In this document: positions 49,991-63,346 of the stretch, piece after piece
Numbering within the stretch: the first letter of the stretch is position 1
Layout: each line of letters opens with the position of its first letter
Assembly (NCBI GenBank): GCA_052327205.1
Contig: CM126226.1
Location: forward strand, 41,354,001 to 41,418,000
DNA: 64,000 nt
Origin: Somniosus microcephalus
Lineage: Eukaryota
Reading direction: 5' to 3'
The notes under the pieces: generated by a model
Database searches by the model: none
What the model was told of the DNA's origin: nothing
The model's input: only the letters and a program-made list of their open reading frames with translations
Position numbers and translations under genes: made by a program

Positions 49991-51176
49991 TCACAATTTG
50001 TTCTGTCTCCCCTCCCCTGAAGTTTCTCCCCTCTTCTGAAGGCGCTGAGTCCTGTTGGAGTATAGCTCGACAACTTCCCCCAGCGCCTCATACTACACGT
50101 GAGCCCAGAAACTGAGCGTTGGCAGGTTATTTGACTGTGATGGTCATCACAGCTGAACCCGCCCCGTCTGCGCTTGATGTGTACACGTCAATACATACAT
50201 GTGCACACACACGTATCCCAGCAGTGCTACCGTGACAGTGGATCGGGTTGGCCAATATTTCGGAACTATAAACTAGTGGGAAAACTGCACAACAAAGGAA
50301 CAGAGGGAGGTGGTATTTTATCTGTTTTTAAGCACACAGTGGCCGAAGCAACTAAAAAACAGAACTCGGTACACAATCACCACATGCTGGCTCGCAAACG
50401 CACTGCATCTGACAGGTGTTGGGCAATAAATGCCAGCCTTGCCAGCAATGCCCACACCCCGAGAATGATTTTTTTTTTAAATCAGCAATGTCTCACAAAC
50501 AGCAATGAGATGAATCGGTCAACCTGGGTTTTCCTAGAGGTTGCAGCTGAGATCTGAAGGCTGGGAAAACCCTCTATTCAAATATTGTTATCAGGGATTT
50601 TACATCCTACTGATCCACTGGAATAGCCAGACAGGAGCTTGGGTTATCGTCTCATCTGAAGGATGGCAATAATGTGAAGCTCACAATTGAGCTTTGCTCA
50701 CTTGATAAGGCGTACCTTCCTCCTCTGAATGTGCAGACACCTGGCATTAAGTCACTGCTTTGTAACTCCTTCTGAAATCCACCAAGCAGTGTTAGGTCTA
50801 ACAATGATCAAATGTACAATGGTCACTGGCCATCCCAATTTATTACTATGGAAATAAATCAAATTAGACAGTCTGTGCGTAGAAATTTGAAAGTAATGCC
50901 GATGTTTTTCCACTAGATGGTACCACCTCACTTGCTAGATCCTGGGTCTCACTCCACTCAAACTCTGCAAGAGACATCCAACAGCAAAGTATCAACCTCA
51001 CAATACCTTTTTCAACATTTTGACTCTCCGAATCGTATGTTAAGTTCCTGAAAAATTGGATGTGGAAGTCGGAACGGACTGTTTAATGTTAGAATACTGG
51101 GTAACAGCATTACCTAGCAACCATATAGAGCAGTACACAATCCCACTTGTGGAAAGGCCTTAAGCCCCATCACTTA

Positions 51177-51347
<171 letters not shown>

Positions 51348-51879
51348 TCACAATATCATGATTAACCTGCAACTATTCACTTAAAGACTTCTATCGTGGT
51401 CTTTACGACCTGTCCACCAGTAACTTCTGCTGGTCTTCCTATAGCAGCAGGGAACAGCACTGAATCCCAGCCCATCGGCCTGAGAATGAAGGCCAGAGAG
51501 ACACAAGGAGCAGCATGTCAGCTGAGAGCCTTAGGAGAAGGGGAGGTGACCATCACTCCATGTAATACAGACGAGTGAGGTTTGTGGGGCTGGTTTTATT
51601 CCACTTATTTCAATCAGACTTCATTCAAACCTCTGGTGATTTTGTTTTCTGCCTCCTTGTTGACTCATGAAAAATGAGCTCATGGTTTATTCACCCCAGG
51701 TTAAAACAACTCCCATATCGCCACAGCTACATCAAACACAAAAAACCTTTCTAAACACCGCACACCACTTGAGCAAGGTGCTATTAGGACAATGAAACTG
51801 CTTTCATGTTGTTTTAATGAAATAAATGAGAGATTCTCAAAGGCCTATTCAGACCACCTCCCCACAGGACATATCTGAG

Positions 51880-52420
51880 CAGCGGCTTTGGTCAGACCTC
51901 ACCTGGAGGACTGCACTCGGTTTGGGGCACTGCACCTCAGGTGAGGATATATTGGCCTCGGAGAGGGTGCAGGGCAGATTCACCAGAATTATACCAGGGC
52001 TTAAAGGGTTAAATTATGAGGACAGGTTGGCTTGTATTCCCTTGAGTTTAGAAGACTGAAGCGCGATCTGATCGAGGTGTTTAAAATATTAAAAGGATTC
52101 GATAGCGTAGATATGGAGAAGCTATTTCCTCTGGTGGGGGAAATCAGGGGCGAGGGGGTATAATCTTAGGCCGTTCAGGAGCAAGATCAGGAACCACTTT
52201 TTCCACACAAAGGGTAGTAGGAATCTGGAACTCTCCCCCCTCCAAAAAAAAGTCTGGGACAACTGGAGCTTTCAAGACTGAGATCAATAGATTTTTATTA
52301 GGTAAGCATATCAAGGGATATGGAGCAAAGGCAGGTAAATGGAGTTGAGGTACAGATCAGCCACGATCTAACTGAATGGCGGAGTAGGCCCGAGGGGTTG
52401 AATGGGCTACTCCTGTTCCT
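51880..52420 (+). mobile_element. CR1 LINE 3' fragment
   Basis: EDILASERVQGRFTRIIPGLKGLNYEDRL; CR1 tail cagatcagccacgatctaactgaatggcggag...ctcctgttcct. Confidence 0.85.
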
Positions 52421-53133
52421 TAGAAAAGACCTACCCAGTTTGCAGCTAACCATCACAAACATGCTCGAGACCCCAAACTATCCATATATTTTTTTATAAA
52501 AGCCAGCGCTCTCGTTCCCTAATCTCTCCGCTAGGCTCTGGCTATGAGTCACTCTATCTGAAATTAAATACTGTGATTAGGATAAAAGTGAAAAGGAGAC
52601 GATCACACTGTGACAAGCTCTTAAACACATCAATCAATAATTCAAACAGCATTTAGCATCACTTTTCCTTTGAATTATCACCACTCTGCACAATCCAATA
52701 CCAATTCTTTGGCAGAATCCTGGGCGGCAATCTCTCTCTCTTTAAAAATACTTCAAAGCAGCTGCCAGGATTGGAGTAAAAGTCACAAAATAATAGGAAG
52801 GGCCATCTTACTTCAAATCCATGGCAAGCAATCACTGAACAGGGCGCCATAGATACCAGGACATCAGGAGGAGCCGCTCTCTCCTGGACAGTGACGTGAG
52901 CTGCCCTTCCTCTGCCCAGAATTTGGTGCCTGGTTTACAGTTTAGAAATGTTGTGTATTGTCAGTGATAGATATAGAGAGAAATTATATAAATATAGACT
53001 AGATGGATAAATTCAGATAGATTTAAATAAATATAATCAGATAGATACAGATAACTAAACAGACAGGTGAAGGGGTAAATAGGTCTGCTGCTGACAGTAA
53101 TTACTTATTTGGATAAATTTAGAAGACTACATG

Positions 53134-53210
53134 CAATGTTCCCTGTAAGCTGTGCTTTGTTCTGCGCGGCCTGTTTCTTTTACTGCGCGGTCCCTTTAGA
53201 GGGAGCATTG
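53134..53210. mobile_element. 77-bp hAT-type MITE
   Basis: TIRs CAATGTTCCCTGTAA / TTAGAGGGAGCATTG; flanks ACTACATG / ACTATACG (6/8, a decayed 8-bp TSD). Confidence 0.7.
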
Positions 53211-53221
53211 ACTATACGGTA

Positions 53222-53600
53222 ACGATGGTGTAGTGGTTATGTTACTGGACTAGTAATCCAGAGTCCCGGACTACTAATTCAGCGCGAGTCCAAATCCCAC
53301 CAGTTTGAGAATTTGAATTCAGTTTTAAAAATCTGGAAATAAAAAGCTGGCACCAGTAAAAAGTGACCATGAAGCAGTCAGATTGGAAAAACCCAACTGG
53401 TTCACTTTAGAGAAGGAAACCTGCTGTCCTTACCCGATCTGACCTGTACATGACTGCAGTCCCTCACAAATGTATTTGATCTCTGAAGTGGCCTAGCAAG
53501 CCCCTCAAACTATCAAACCACAAGGAGACCCCCCACCCCATCCCATCACCTTCTCAGGGGCAACTAGGGATAAGCAATAAATGCCAGTCCTGCCAGCAAA
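53222..53600 (+). mobile_element. tRNA-derived SINE (third family)
   Basis: gatggtgtagtggttatgttactggactagtaatccagag...caaatcccacc head; inverted partial copies at ~45370-45505 and ~49080-49218. Confidence 0.65.
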
Positions 53601-54000
53601 TAAAATATAGAATTAAAAAAACGTATAAATAAATATATATCTATAGATTAAGATTTAGAGATATAAATATTGAAAAATAGATTTAGGCATATATAGGAAA
53701 AAAATTATACATATATAAATCGAAAATCAAATATATATGTTTATATATATCACTATATATAACTAGATTTGTATATATTAATACATTATATTTTATATAT
53801 AAAACTAGATTTAAATAGATACAGGTATAAATAAATAGAAATATATACAAAGATTTAGCCATGGATACAGACAATTAAAAAGCCATAAATCTATCTATGG
53901 TTATATATGTAAATATATATGAGAGAGAACTAGATGTAGATACAGGTACAGATGTAAATAAATAGAAATATATGCAATGATTTAGATATAGAGATTTAGA
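53600..54000. repeat. AT-rich low-complexity (ATAT/ATAG) tract in TPRG1L intron 1
   Basis: Direct reading; includes a duplicated atacaggta...aaataaatagaaatatat segment. Confidence 0.75.
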
Positions 54001-54048
54001 GCTGTCAGTGATGGAATGGCCTGGCCCGGCCCGGCCTCCGGCTCTTAC

Positions 54049-54291
54049 CCTGAACACGAAGTAGTCTTTGATCCTGGCCTGCAGGGTGGGCTCCTTCACA
54101 CTGAACGGTGTCAGGGTCTCGGGCCCGCAGGCCGCCGGAGCCGCGCTCTCCAAGCTGCTGACGGCCGCCGTTGGGTGAGAGGGAGGCGGCTCGGCTCGGG
54201 CGGCAGCTCCCGCCGGAAAGCCCGGGCCCGCGATGCCCTCGGTGGGGAGCACGGCCGCGTCCGGCTCCACCGAGTCATCCATCTGCAGCAT
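54049..54291 (-). CDS. TPRG1L: TPRG1L coding exon 1
   Basis: MLQMDDSVEPDAAVLP...FSVKEPTLQARIKDYFVFR|gtaaga; resembles human MLQLRDSVD...ARVKEYFVFR; 243 nt; five exons total 861 nt (286 aa + stop). Confidence 0.95.
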
Positions 54292-54299
54292 GACGGCGG

Positions 54300-54525
54300 A
54301 GCAGAGCGGGGCCCCGGGGAGAAGGAGAAACGGCAGCTGGCCGGAGAAGGCGGGGCATGGGGCATGGGCGGGGGGCGGGGCCAGGAGCAGGGCGGGGGCG
54401 GGGCAAAGAGCGGGGGCGGGGCCAGGAGTCGGGCGGGGGCGGGGCGTGCGCCGAGGGCAGGGCCACAGGGTTTGGGGCGGGGCCAGCAGATTGGGACGGT
54501 ACCCGGGAAGGGGCGGGGCCAGGGA
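54300..54525 (-). promoter_or_regulatory. TPRG1L CpG-island promoter with a dense GC-box array
   Basis: Many GGGGCGGGG (Sp/KLF) motifs at 54365-54520 and ATTGG (CCAAT on -) at ~54490, just upstream of the ATG. Confidence 0.7.
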
Positions 54526-54639
54526 TCTGTGGGAATTGGGGGCACAGAGTTGGGGTTTGGGAGAAGATGAGGTTAAGTTGGGCCTGAGACTGAGGCAGGG
54601 CCTGGGTATCAAGATAGTGTCTGTACTGTGGGATGGGTA

Positions 54640-55160
54640 CTGGGACTAGGAGAGGGACTGGAGTAAGACTGGGAGTGGAATAGGGACTGGAGTGGGACTG
54701 GAATAGGGACAAGGACTGGAGTGGGACTGGGATAGGACAGGGACAGGGACTGGAGTGGGACTGGGCTAGGGACAGGGACAGGGACTGGAGTGGAACTGGA
54801 ATAGGGACAGGGACTGGAATAGGGACACGGAGTGGGACTGGGATAGAGACAGGGACTGGAATAGGGACTGGAATAGGGAGTGGGATAGGGACAGGGACTG
54901 GAGTGGGACTGGAATAGGGACAGGGACTGGAATAGGGACACGGAGTGGGACTGGGATAGAGACAGGGACTGGAATAGGGACTGGAATAGGGAGTGGGATA
55001 GGGACAGGGACTGGAGTGGGACTGGAATAGGGACAGGGACTGGAATGGGACTGGAATAGGGACGGGGACTGGAGTGGGACTGGGAGAGGGACTGGAGTAA
55101 AGACAGGGATCAGGGAAGGTTTAGGGTTGGGGATTGGGACCGGGAGAGGGACTGGGATTT
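54640..55160 (+). repeat. G-rich minisatellite (GGGACTGGA[G/A]T / AGGGAC units)
   Basis: Dozens of GGGAC-containing tandem units upstream of the TPRG1L promoter. Confidence 0.9.
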
Positions 55161-55964
55161 GGAAAGGTTGGGGTTTGGGGACAGGCTGAGCTCAGGATTT
55201 TTGAGGACAGGGAGTTGTGGCTGGCAGAAGAGCTGGGGTTGGAAAGGAGCTGAGATCAGGATTGATGCACGGGCTGAAACTGAGGTAGGGCCCGCATATC
55301 AAGGGAGTGGTTGCACTCCGGGAGAGGCTGGTGAGACTAGGAAAGGAGCAAGGAGTGGGAATCAGGGAGTGGGGGACGGCTAAAGTAAAGGCAGAGCAAG
55401 GCTTTTGGATAAGCTAAGGCAGGAGGACAAGGGGGCTAATATTCAAGTCTGGGACAGATAACGTGTATTTCTTTACAATGCGGCTGACCAATAACTGAAA
55501 AAAGATACCAGGAATGGAGATTGAGGCCAGGACAGGGGAGAGTAGGGTCAGCCTTCTGGAAGAATTTGATCAAATAGGTCATAGGCCCCTCTTCACCCGA
55601 ACCTATCTTGTATACACCGGTTTAGTGCCAGCATCACTGTGCAGAGACTAATCCTGCCCTTGCCTGATGCCCAAACAAGTACATTATCCACTTGATAGCG
55701 ATCAGGAGTGGGAACCCATGACGATTTTACTCTCTCTAGACTGGAGGTGCTGAGGCTAACTGTGGCATTCCTGCTGTTGCTCCAGGTGAGATCAGGTAAT
55801 TCGGCATAGACTGAGGATCCAACGCTGGGACCTTGTTGGTGTGAATGGCTCAGTATTGTGCTGGGCAGCGCAGTTACTCACTGAAGCCTTAAGGGGCATT
55901 GTTCTGGCATTTTAAGGGGAAGGTATCCCGACAGTGAAATTCTGGTGTAAATAATGTGCTACTA

Positions 55965-56725
55965 TCACCCATCAGCATCACCCCTGTGCTCGCTGACCTA
56001 CATTGGCTCCTAGTCCGGAAACGCCTCGATTTTAAAATTCTCCTCCTTGTTCTCAACTCTCTCAATGGCCTCACGCCTCCCTATCTCTGTAACCTCCTCC
56101 AGCCCTACAACCAGCATTCCCCCGAAGGTGCGTGGGCGCGTGGCCGTGCATTGATCGGGAGGTTCCGCGCAGGCCGCTCACCAGCTGTTGCCGCAGCGGA
56201 TTTAAAGGGACCACGCATGAAAAAAATTAGAGGGATCATTGCCTACAACACTCCGAGATCTCTGCACTCCTTCAATTCTGGCCTCTTGTGCAATCCTGAT
56301 TTTCATCGCTCCACCATTGGCAGCACTGCCTTCAGCTGCCTGGGCCCTAACTCTGGAATTCCCTCCCTAAATTCTATATTTCTTAAGGCTAAAGGGATCA
56401 AGGGATATGGGGAGAAGGCAGGGACAGGGTACTGAATTTGGATGATCAGCCATGATCTCATTGAATGGTGGAGCAGGCTCGAAGGGCCGAATGGCCTACT
56501 CCTGCTTCTATCTTCTATGCTTCTATGCTTCAAAACCACTCTGCCTCTCCCCCTTTAAGATGCTCCTTAAAACCTACTTGTTTGACCAAGATTTTGGTTG
56601 CCTGTCCAAATATCTCCTTGTATGGCTCAGTGACAAATTTTGTTCGATAACGCTCCTGTGAAACTCCATGAGATGTTTTAGTACGTTAAAGGCGCTGTAT
56701 AAATGCAAGCTGTAAGTTGTTGTAG
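55965..56725 (+). mobile_element. L2 LINE 3' fragment with nested hAT MITE and CR1 tail (~56375-56528)
   Basis: ITPVLADLHWLLVRKRLDFKILLLVLNSLNGLTPPYL; L2 tail aaaggcgctgtataaatgcaagctg. Confidence 0.85.
56112..56241. mobile_element. hAT-type MITE with a perfect 8-bp TSD
   Basis: CCTACAAC|CAGCATTCCCC ... TTAGAGGGATCATTG|CCTACAAC; same family as 53134-53210 and 61586-61719. Confidence 0.9.
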
Positions 56726-57874
56726 CTACTGGTCTCTGAATAAAGTGAGGACTTCCTTCATTGCTGTCTCTCTGACTAATTTGTACCATGTGTGCTCTCA
56801 GTGATTTGTTTGTACTCTTGTGCTAGTTCACATGAGGTGCGACGGTGCTGAGGTAAGCAGTCATTTTTTAAATTTTGCGCCCAATCTTCGCATCAGGATC
56901 GGAGCTGTAAAGGACAGATGGAGCTCACAGTTCCACATATATTAACCCTCGCTCAGGTCAGGGTTACCAAAGGTCAAGCAGAACAAAAAGCTCCCTTGAC
57001 CTGACTCAGCCCAGCACCCTCAAGACACAGCTATCAGCGGTCAATCAGAAAGCAGAGGTCCCCACTATATTATCCCGCTGAGCATTCTCTGGGCAGGGTC
57101 AGTTGGAATGTAAAGCTCCACATGTATTAACCCCAGTAAGGAGGGATGGCACATCGTTAACCCATTGGACACACTCGGGTCAAGCAGAAGTGGCTGCAAT
57201 TCTCTTGAATTTCTTGCTATTACAAATTCTCCCGCCTTCTCTCTTGAAGGGGTTGCCTCCTTGCTGGCGTACAGTTTCATTCACGCCAGTCGCTATTCGT
57301 ACCTCGTCCAAATTGCAGTTCCTCCTGTGTGAGTCCAGGTCTAGTCACCCGGGTGAGTGGGGAGTGTCGCAGCCGAGCCCACGACCGTTCTCGCCCTTTG
57401 TCCACCCATTGCCACTTTTCACAAGGCTCACTGGACAGCAGTCAGAATCGGAGACATGACGGGGGTTTCCCCTTCCCCCAGCCCTGGGTTGCCTAGGCCA
57501 ATTGCAGGATCCCTACTGTTGCCCTGGCTCAGGACATCTAACTCGGCGCAGAATCAGGGATCAGGTTTGGCACCTTGCTGACCCTGTACAGCTCAGTTTT
57601 GCACTGGCCGATTTGTCACTCTTTCTCGCCGACTGATACGGTCAAGCAAGTGTACCATGGTCAGATAATGTAGTGTATGTTCACCACACAATGGACATGC
57701 ACTCTCCACACACCTGGAGATTAACCTTCATCCCATTGTGTACTCAAGACTGAACACCATGATGTGTATATGCACTCTGTGCCTATCATTGGTTAAACTT
57801 GATAGTTCACACACACCTTCTCTCTTGAAGGGGTTGCCTCCTTGCTGCCAATTCAGAATAGTATGTGAACTATT

Positions 57875-58245
57875 AGCCGTGGCTCAGTGGTAGCACCCTC
57901 GCCTATGGGTTCAAGTCCCCACTCCAGAGACTTCAGCACAAAATCTAACCATCTTTCACGACCTCAGGGCAACCCAAAGCACTTTGCAGCCAATGACCTA
58001 TTTTTTGAAGTCTAGCCTAATGTAGGAAAATCTGCGGCCAATTTGCGCACACCAAGATCCCACAAACAGCAATGAGATAATGACCAGAAAATGTTGGTTG
58101 AGGGATAAATATTGGCCAGGGCACCGGAGATAACTCCCCTTCTCTTCAAAATAGTGCTGGGGATCTTTTACATCCACCTGAGAGGGCAGACAAGGCCTTG
58201 GTTTAACGTTTCATCCGAAAAACGGCACCTCCAACGGTGTAGAAC
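57875..58245. mobile_element. SINE (HE1/SacSINE1-like), + strand head joined to an inverted body
   Basis: agccgtggctcagtggtagcaccctcgcc head (+), then the reverse-strand body (ctttcacgacctcaggg...gggatcttttacatccacctgagagggcagac). Confidence 0.7.
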
Positions 58246-59890
58246 TCTAGATCAAGAATTCAGCGTATGGTGGAGTCACGGGCATAAGTCCTTCCCCCAT
58301 TCCACTAACGCTCTTCCACCAAAAAGAACAAGTTAAACATTAGTTAGGAGTCGGAAGGGAAGTTCGGTGAAACTTTTTCACCTAAATGTTACCAGGGAAG
58401 GACATTGAAATAAGTATTCAAACAGACATTGGATATATCTTTGGACAGAGAACAAATTGCAGGATATGGTGCAAAAGTGGTCGGTGAGGTTGAAAGGCGC
58501 CTAATGGCCTTTTCATGTTCCTAAAAATTATTATTCTAGACCCTGGTATACTCTAATGCATCGAAAAGATTTTCAACAGGCAGTAGGTGCCTGTAGGTGT
58601 CTATGCGAACACTAGGGGGCAGTAAATCCCGAGCAAAAAATAAATCTGCACTTGAACAGTAAAGAATTTTCCTTTGGAAGGGCAGGAGATTCAGTAATCT
58701 GCCTCTTTCATTACACAGATGAAAAAGGGAAGATATCTACTTGTCTTAAATTGGATGGATGTCCCATAGAGATTGTACAGTTAAAAACAATTAGAAGTGT
58801 AAACTTTAATCACTTTTATCCTGGAAGTGTATTTTATGTCTACATTTTCAAGTTTACATTAGATATTTCACACTTTTTCCTCAGTTTTCACCCCATCTCT
58901 CTGAAGGCGCAGACTCTTGCTGGGGTACGGTTCCATGGGTGCTGGTCACGGGCAATAGGCTCATATTGAGGTCAATTGTTGGGGAGGGAAGTTGCCAGAT
59001 TGGCAAGTGCTTGTAAATTTCTGGACTCTAGGTCAGAAGAAACCAGCATGAAATGACTGGCTTTCTTGCTCTTTTTAAAAACCATATATATATATACATT
59101 TTGAAACTTAAAGTGTAATGTCCGAAGTGTGACTGAGACACACTGGATGGAAGTCTTTTATATTTGATACAAGGAATATATATATATGGAGATTGATATG
59201 GTCTTATAGTATTTTACTGTTATTTCTTAGTGCTGATGAGTGGAATTGGAGCCAGTTCAAATTCGAATTCTGTCAATACTTCCTAGTACTGCATTTCCTA
59301 GCCACTTGAGCCAGGCCCAGTTCCAATTCTTATTACAGAAACCGGATTTCAGTGTTTTTAATATAAATCTTTCTGTTGAAAACTGCAACAGTAAGCATGA
59401 CGTTAAACAAGATCAATTTATGGTCACGGTCGCTTTTAATAACATTTCTGCCAATTCAGATTACAGTGAATACATTCCTTACTGATGGTGTGCACTTGTC
59501 ATAAGTAATTCACTGTATGAGAAGACACCTTGGGTCAGAAAGGTGGGAAAGAGAAAGAAAGACAGCCTTGCATTTATACAGTGCTTTATCCCATCTCTTG
59601 TGCTTCGCGCACAATGGAACGGATTTTAACCAGCTACGCCTGACAGGAACGGGGCAGGAGGGCTGTTAAATTCGAGGTGGAGTACTTGCCGCCACATTTC
59701 CGATGCACTCCCGCTCACCGGTATCTTAACTGCACCTTTTTCTGAGTCAGTCGAGGTGCCAGTCAGAGGCAGGAGGGACCTCGTGAGTACATGTAACTCG
59801 GGGTCCAAGAACGCAATTAGGACCCCGATTTAGGACTGTTGTAATGCGGGAAATGCGGCAGCCAAATTGCTCACTGCAAGCTCCCACAAT

Positions 59891-60375
59891 TTCCCTCGTG
59901 TCCCGGGCATCATTGATTGCACACGCATCGCCATCAGGCACCAGAGCTCCCGCCAGCAACATTCGCAAACGGGAACAGCCACCACTCCATTAATGCCCAG
60001 CTAGTGTCCGATCACAGAAACAGCATCGTGCAAGTTTACGCACAATACCCAGGCAGCTGCCACGATGCATTTATCCTGCGACAGTCAACCATTCCCCCCC
60101 ACCTTATTTGACACCTTCAGAAATGTGGCAGGGTAGCTGCTGGGGGTCAAGGAATACCCCCTACAGATATGGTTTAGGACACCTCAGCAATTCCAGCACT
60201 CCCGAGCGACACAGGTACGATCAAAGCTAGGGGACCACCGGGATCATTATTGAGCACTCCATAGGGGGTGCTGAAGCAGAGGGTCAGGTGTCTCGACCGA
60301 TCTGGGGGCTCCTTACAATATGCCCCACAAAAAGGGTCTTCTGCATCAGTGCTGTGTCCTGTGCAACACCGTGAC
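59891..60375 (+). pseudogene. Decayed PIF/Harbinger DDE transposase (HARBI1-like) within a transposon remnant starting ~59616
   Basis: FPRVPGIIDCTRIAIR / HSINAQLVSDH...YPGSCHDAFILRQS / G*LLGVKEYPL / IIEHSIGVLKQRVRCLDRSGGSLQYAP, with frameshifts and stops. Confidence 0.85.
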
Positions 60376-61585
60376 AGGCCTGCATTTGAAGGAGACAGAG
60401 TAGCAGCAGTTCCCATCGGACGATGAAGACCAGAGGGAAGGCGAGGAAGCACCAGCAGGTGGAAGAGAGCCACCTCGACACCTTGCAGCAAGAGATGTGA
60501 GAGGAGTTAATCGCCCAGCGATTCCAGTGACCTGCTCATTCCCCTGCCGTGAAAACACACACAAACCCTCTCTGCATTACCAGTCCTTGTGACCTCCCTC
60601 ACCGCTCCTTTAATCCTGCATTAAAAAATATTGAAACCATTCAGCCAGCTTCTTTATCAATGACATACTGACGAAGCAGATTCAGAAGCTGCTATTAAAC
60701 CGTACTGCCGACCAAATGTGATAAAGGTGATCAATTTAATTCACAACACAGTAATTGCTTTCTGTTCATTTCTCACCCAAGTGTCAACTCGCAGTGCCTT
60801 TTAGGAAGGTTTCCTCACATTCTACCCCATTGAGCCAAGGTTACAGGGCACTGCAGTATAACTGAGGTGCACCTCCAATGACTCCGGCCCGAATGTTTCC
60901 GGGCACCTCCATGCTACACCAGAGGCCTTTGATTAAGGGAGAGCACAGAAAGTGAGCGTTGGGAAACTGTTCGATTATGGGGAGGATATCAATGCCAAGC
61001 CCTATGCAAGATGTCAGTCTCCTGTTATTGAATGAGTGCAGCAGGGCTCGGAGCTCACAGGTCGTAGATTTCTGTTGGGCTGCCGATGTCCTGCATCCCG
61101 AACACCAATGTGGAGGTGACTAAAGACAGAATTAGTCTGTGATTGAGATTAGACCGTTAGTCGCTACTGATGGGCTGAATGGCCTCCTGCACTGTATCGT
61201 TCTATGATTCTATAATATATTATGGAAAGTTTTCATGTTTGTTTTGCAAAAGCTAATTCCTTCAGCTGCCTATGTTTTTTTTTGAGTTTCTAAAGAAATG
61301 TTCAGATTCTTGCCTCAGACCTGCATTCATCACACAATTCTGAATTTAAATTAAGTGCATGCTTTTTTTAATATGATTTTCTTCCTTCTCTTCATGTAGG
61401 TGTTGACTCTGGCTGGGTTACAGTTCCCCAGGGGCAGGGAGGCCTTGGTTACCTCACCCAATGCTGAGCCTAGATGGTGAGTGTTAACCTGTGGAGGGCA
61501 TTGTAGCGAAGCCCGATTCTACATTACAACAGTGACTACACTTTAAAAATAAAAGTACTTCATTGGTCCCAAAGTGCTTCACAGC

Positions 61586-61719
61586 CAATGTTCCCTCTTA
61601 ATTTTTTTTTTGGCTGCGCGGCCCATTCAAATTTCCGCGCATGCCTGGTTTTTCCCCTTTGAAAGCTGGTGAGCGGCCTGCGCGGGACCGTGCAACCACG
61701 CAGCTTAACGGGAATATTG
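61586..61719. mobile_element. hAT-type MITE inside a SINE tail
   Basis: CAATGTTCCCTCTTA ... TTAACGGGAATATTG; interior is reverse-similar to 56112-56241. Confidence 0.7.
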
Positions 61720-62194
61720 CTTGGGACATCCTGAGGTCATGAAAGGCGCTATATAAATGCAAGTCTTTTTTTTCCCCTTTGTTGTACTAAGCTCAAGAAG
61801 GTTCGATTGCTGCCCTGTGCTTGGAATGAGGTACGTGCAGATGCTCGGCGCAGACAGGATCAGACTTGCAGTGGTGCTTCCCCCTGTGGTTGAATAGCTC
61901 ACGGCTCGCACGTACAAAATGGCCACTTGGCTGAGGTACCGGAGGGCAGCCGTGGCACCTTGTGGAACCGGACCTCAGAATGGGCCGGTGTCAGCAGGAG
62001 ACTAGAGCTGGCTGGGATCTCCAAGCCCCCACTCACAACTGCAGCAAAGTCCCACCTTCTTCTTGCAGGGCCTGGAGAGAAAATCTGAATCAGTCGCAGA
62101 CAGGTGATCGATGCACACACCAGCAGACAGCCTCTTCCCCTATTGGTTGCTGCTTAGTTACCGATTTTTAAATCCCCAACCGCAGTGACACAAA

Positions 62195-62595
62195 AACAAA
62201 ATACTGCGGATGCTGGAAATCTGAAATAAAAACAGAACATGCTGGCAACACTCAGCAGGTCAGGCAGCATTTGTGGGGAGAGAGATGGGTTAATGTTTCA
62301 GGCTAATGACCTTTCATCAGAACTGGAAGATGTTAGAGATGGTGGGTGTAAATGATCCCATGGCACTATTTAGAAGAGCAAGGGTCCTGGCCAATATTAC
62401 CCCGCAATCAACATCACAAAAAAATAGATTGGTCATTATCACATTGCTGTTTGTGGGAGCTTGCTGTGCGCAAATTTGCTGCCGCGTTTCCTACATTACA
62501 ACAGTGACTGCGATTCAAAAGTACTTCATTGGCTGTAAAGCGCTTTGGGACGTCCTGAGGTGGTGAAAGGCGCTATATAAATGCAAGTCTTTTTT
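62195..62595. mobile_element. Penelope-like terminal fragment (62195-62340) joined to a SINE body (62340-62595)
   Basis: aaatactgcggatgctggaaatctgaaataaaaacag...; gatcccatggcactatttagaag...gcgctatataaatgcaag. Confidence 0.7.
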
Positions 62596-63346
62596 TCCCT
62601 GACCGTACAACGCCGATTCCCAGTCAGTCTTGAACCTGCATTTCGTTCTAACCCAGTGCAGGTACGTATAAAAGACACCTGTATTAGGGCTGAATCATTG
62701 CTCTCCCCTCTCTCTGTTCTAATGGTCTGAAGAGAGTTCGGCTGGGTTTAGGACTGGGGGGCGGGGTAGAGTTCGCCCAGTGGATGGAGGGAGGGGGGCG
62801 TGTCTGACCTGAAACTCCTCCTCCAGGATGGGATGCCAGTCAGGCGGGCTTTAGGACCGGGTGTATTTTAGCAGTGATGTGACTGCTGTGTGTGTGTGTG
62901 AGAGAATATTGCTCTGTCCTTAACACCTCTTCCATTTGAGCTGAGTCATAATAACGATCGAAGCTGCATCCTTCTGTGCGGCTGACTATCACATGACATT
63001 TCAGATTAAATGCCCTTCCCACAAATAATTTGAGAGAGGGATGAACCTGTGAAATTATCAACATCGTCTTTTGATTATTTTTTTTGAAGCTGTGAGAGAT
63101 TTTTAATGAAAGGAAAACAAAAAGACAGACAGAGGGAAATCAGCATTCCAGGAAGCCCCAGAAATATTTAGCTTTCCCTGAAAAGATGCCTGTCCGAATT
63201 GGAGGGGAGTTTACACTGAGCGGCTGTTGAACTTTTTTTGTCGTCTTTTGGGAAAGTTTTGCAATTTTGGAAGTTCTCAAGAGGCAGAAATCGGGATCCT
63301 TAACAGTCTTGAAAGAGAGACAAGTACCATAAACAGCACGCCAAAA

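Noticed and set aside
53875-54712. 245-aa and other overlapping ORFs around TPRG1L exon 1
   Set aside because: Only 54049-54291 matches TPRG1L; the rest is GC-rich promoter or intron read-through.
54640-55160. CRISPR-like repeat array (also considered for 380-760)
   Set aside because: No unique spacers, no cas genes, eukaryotic context; these are simple minisatellites.
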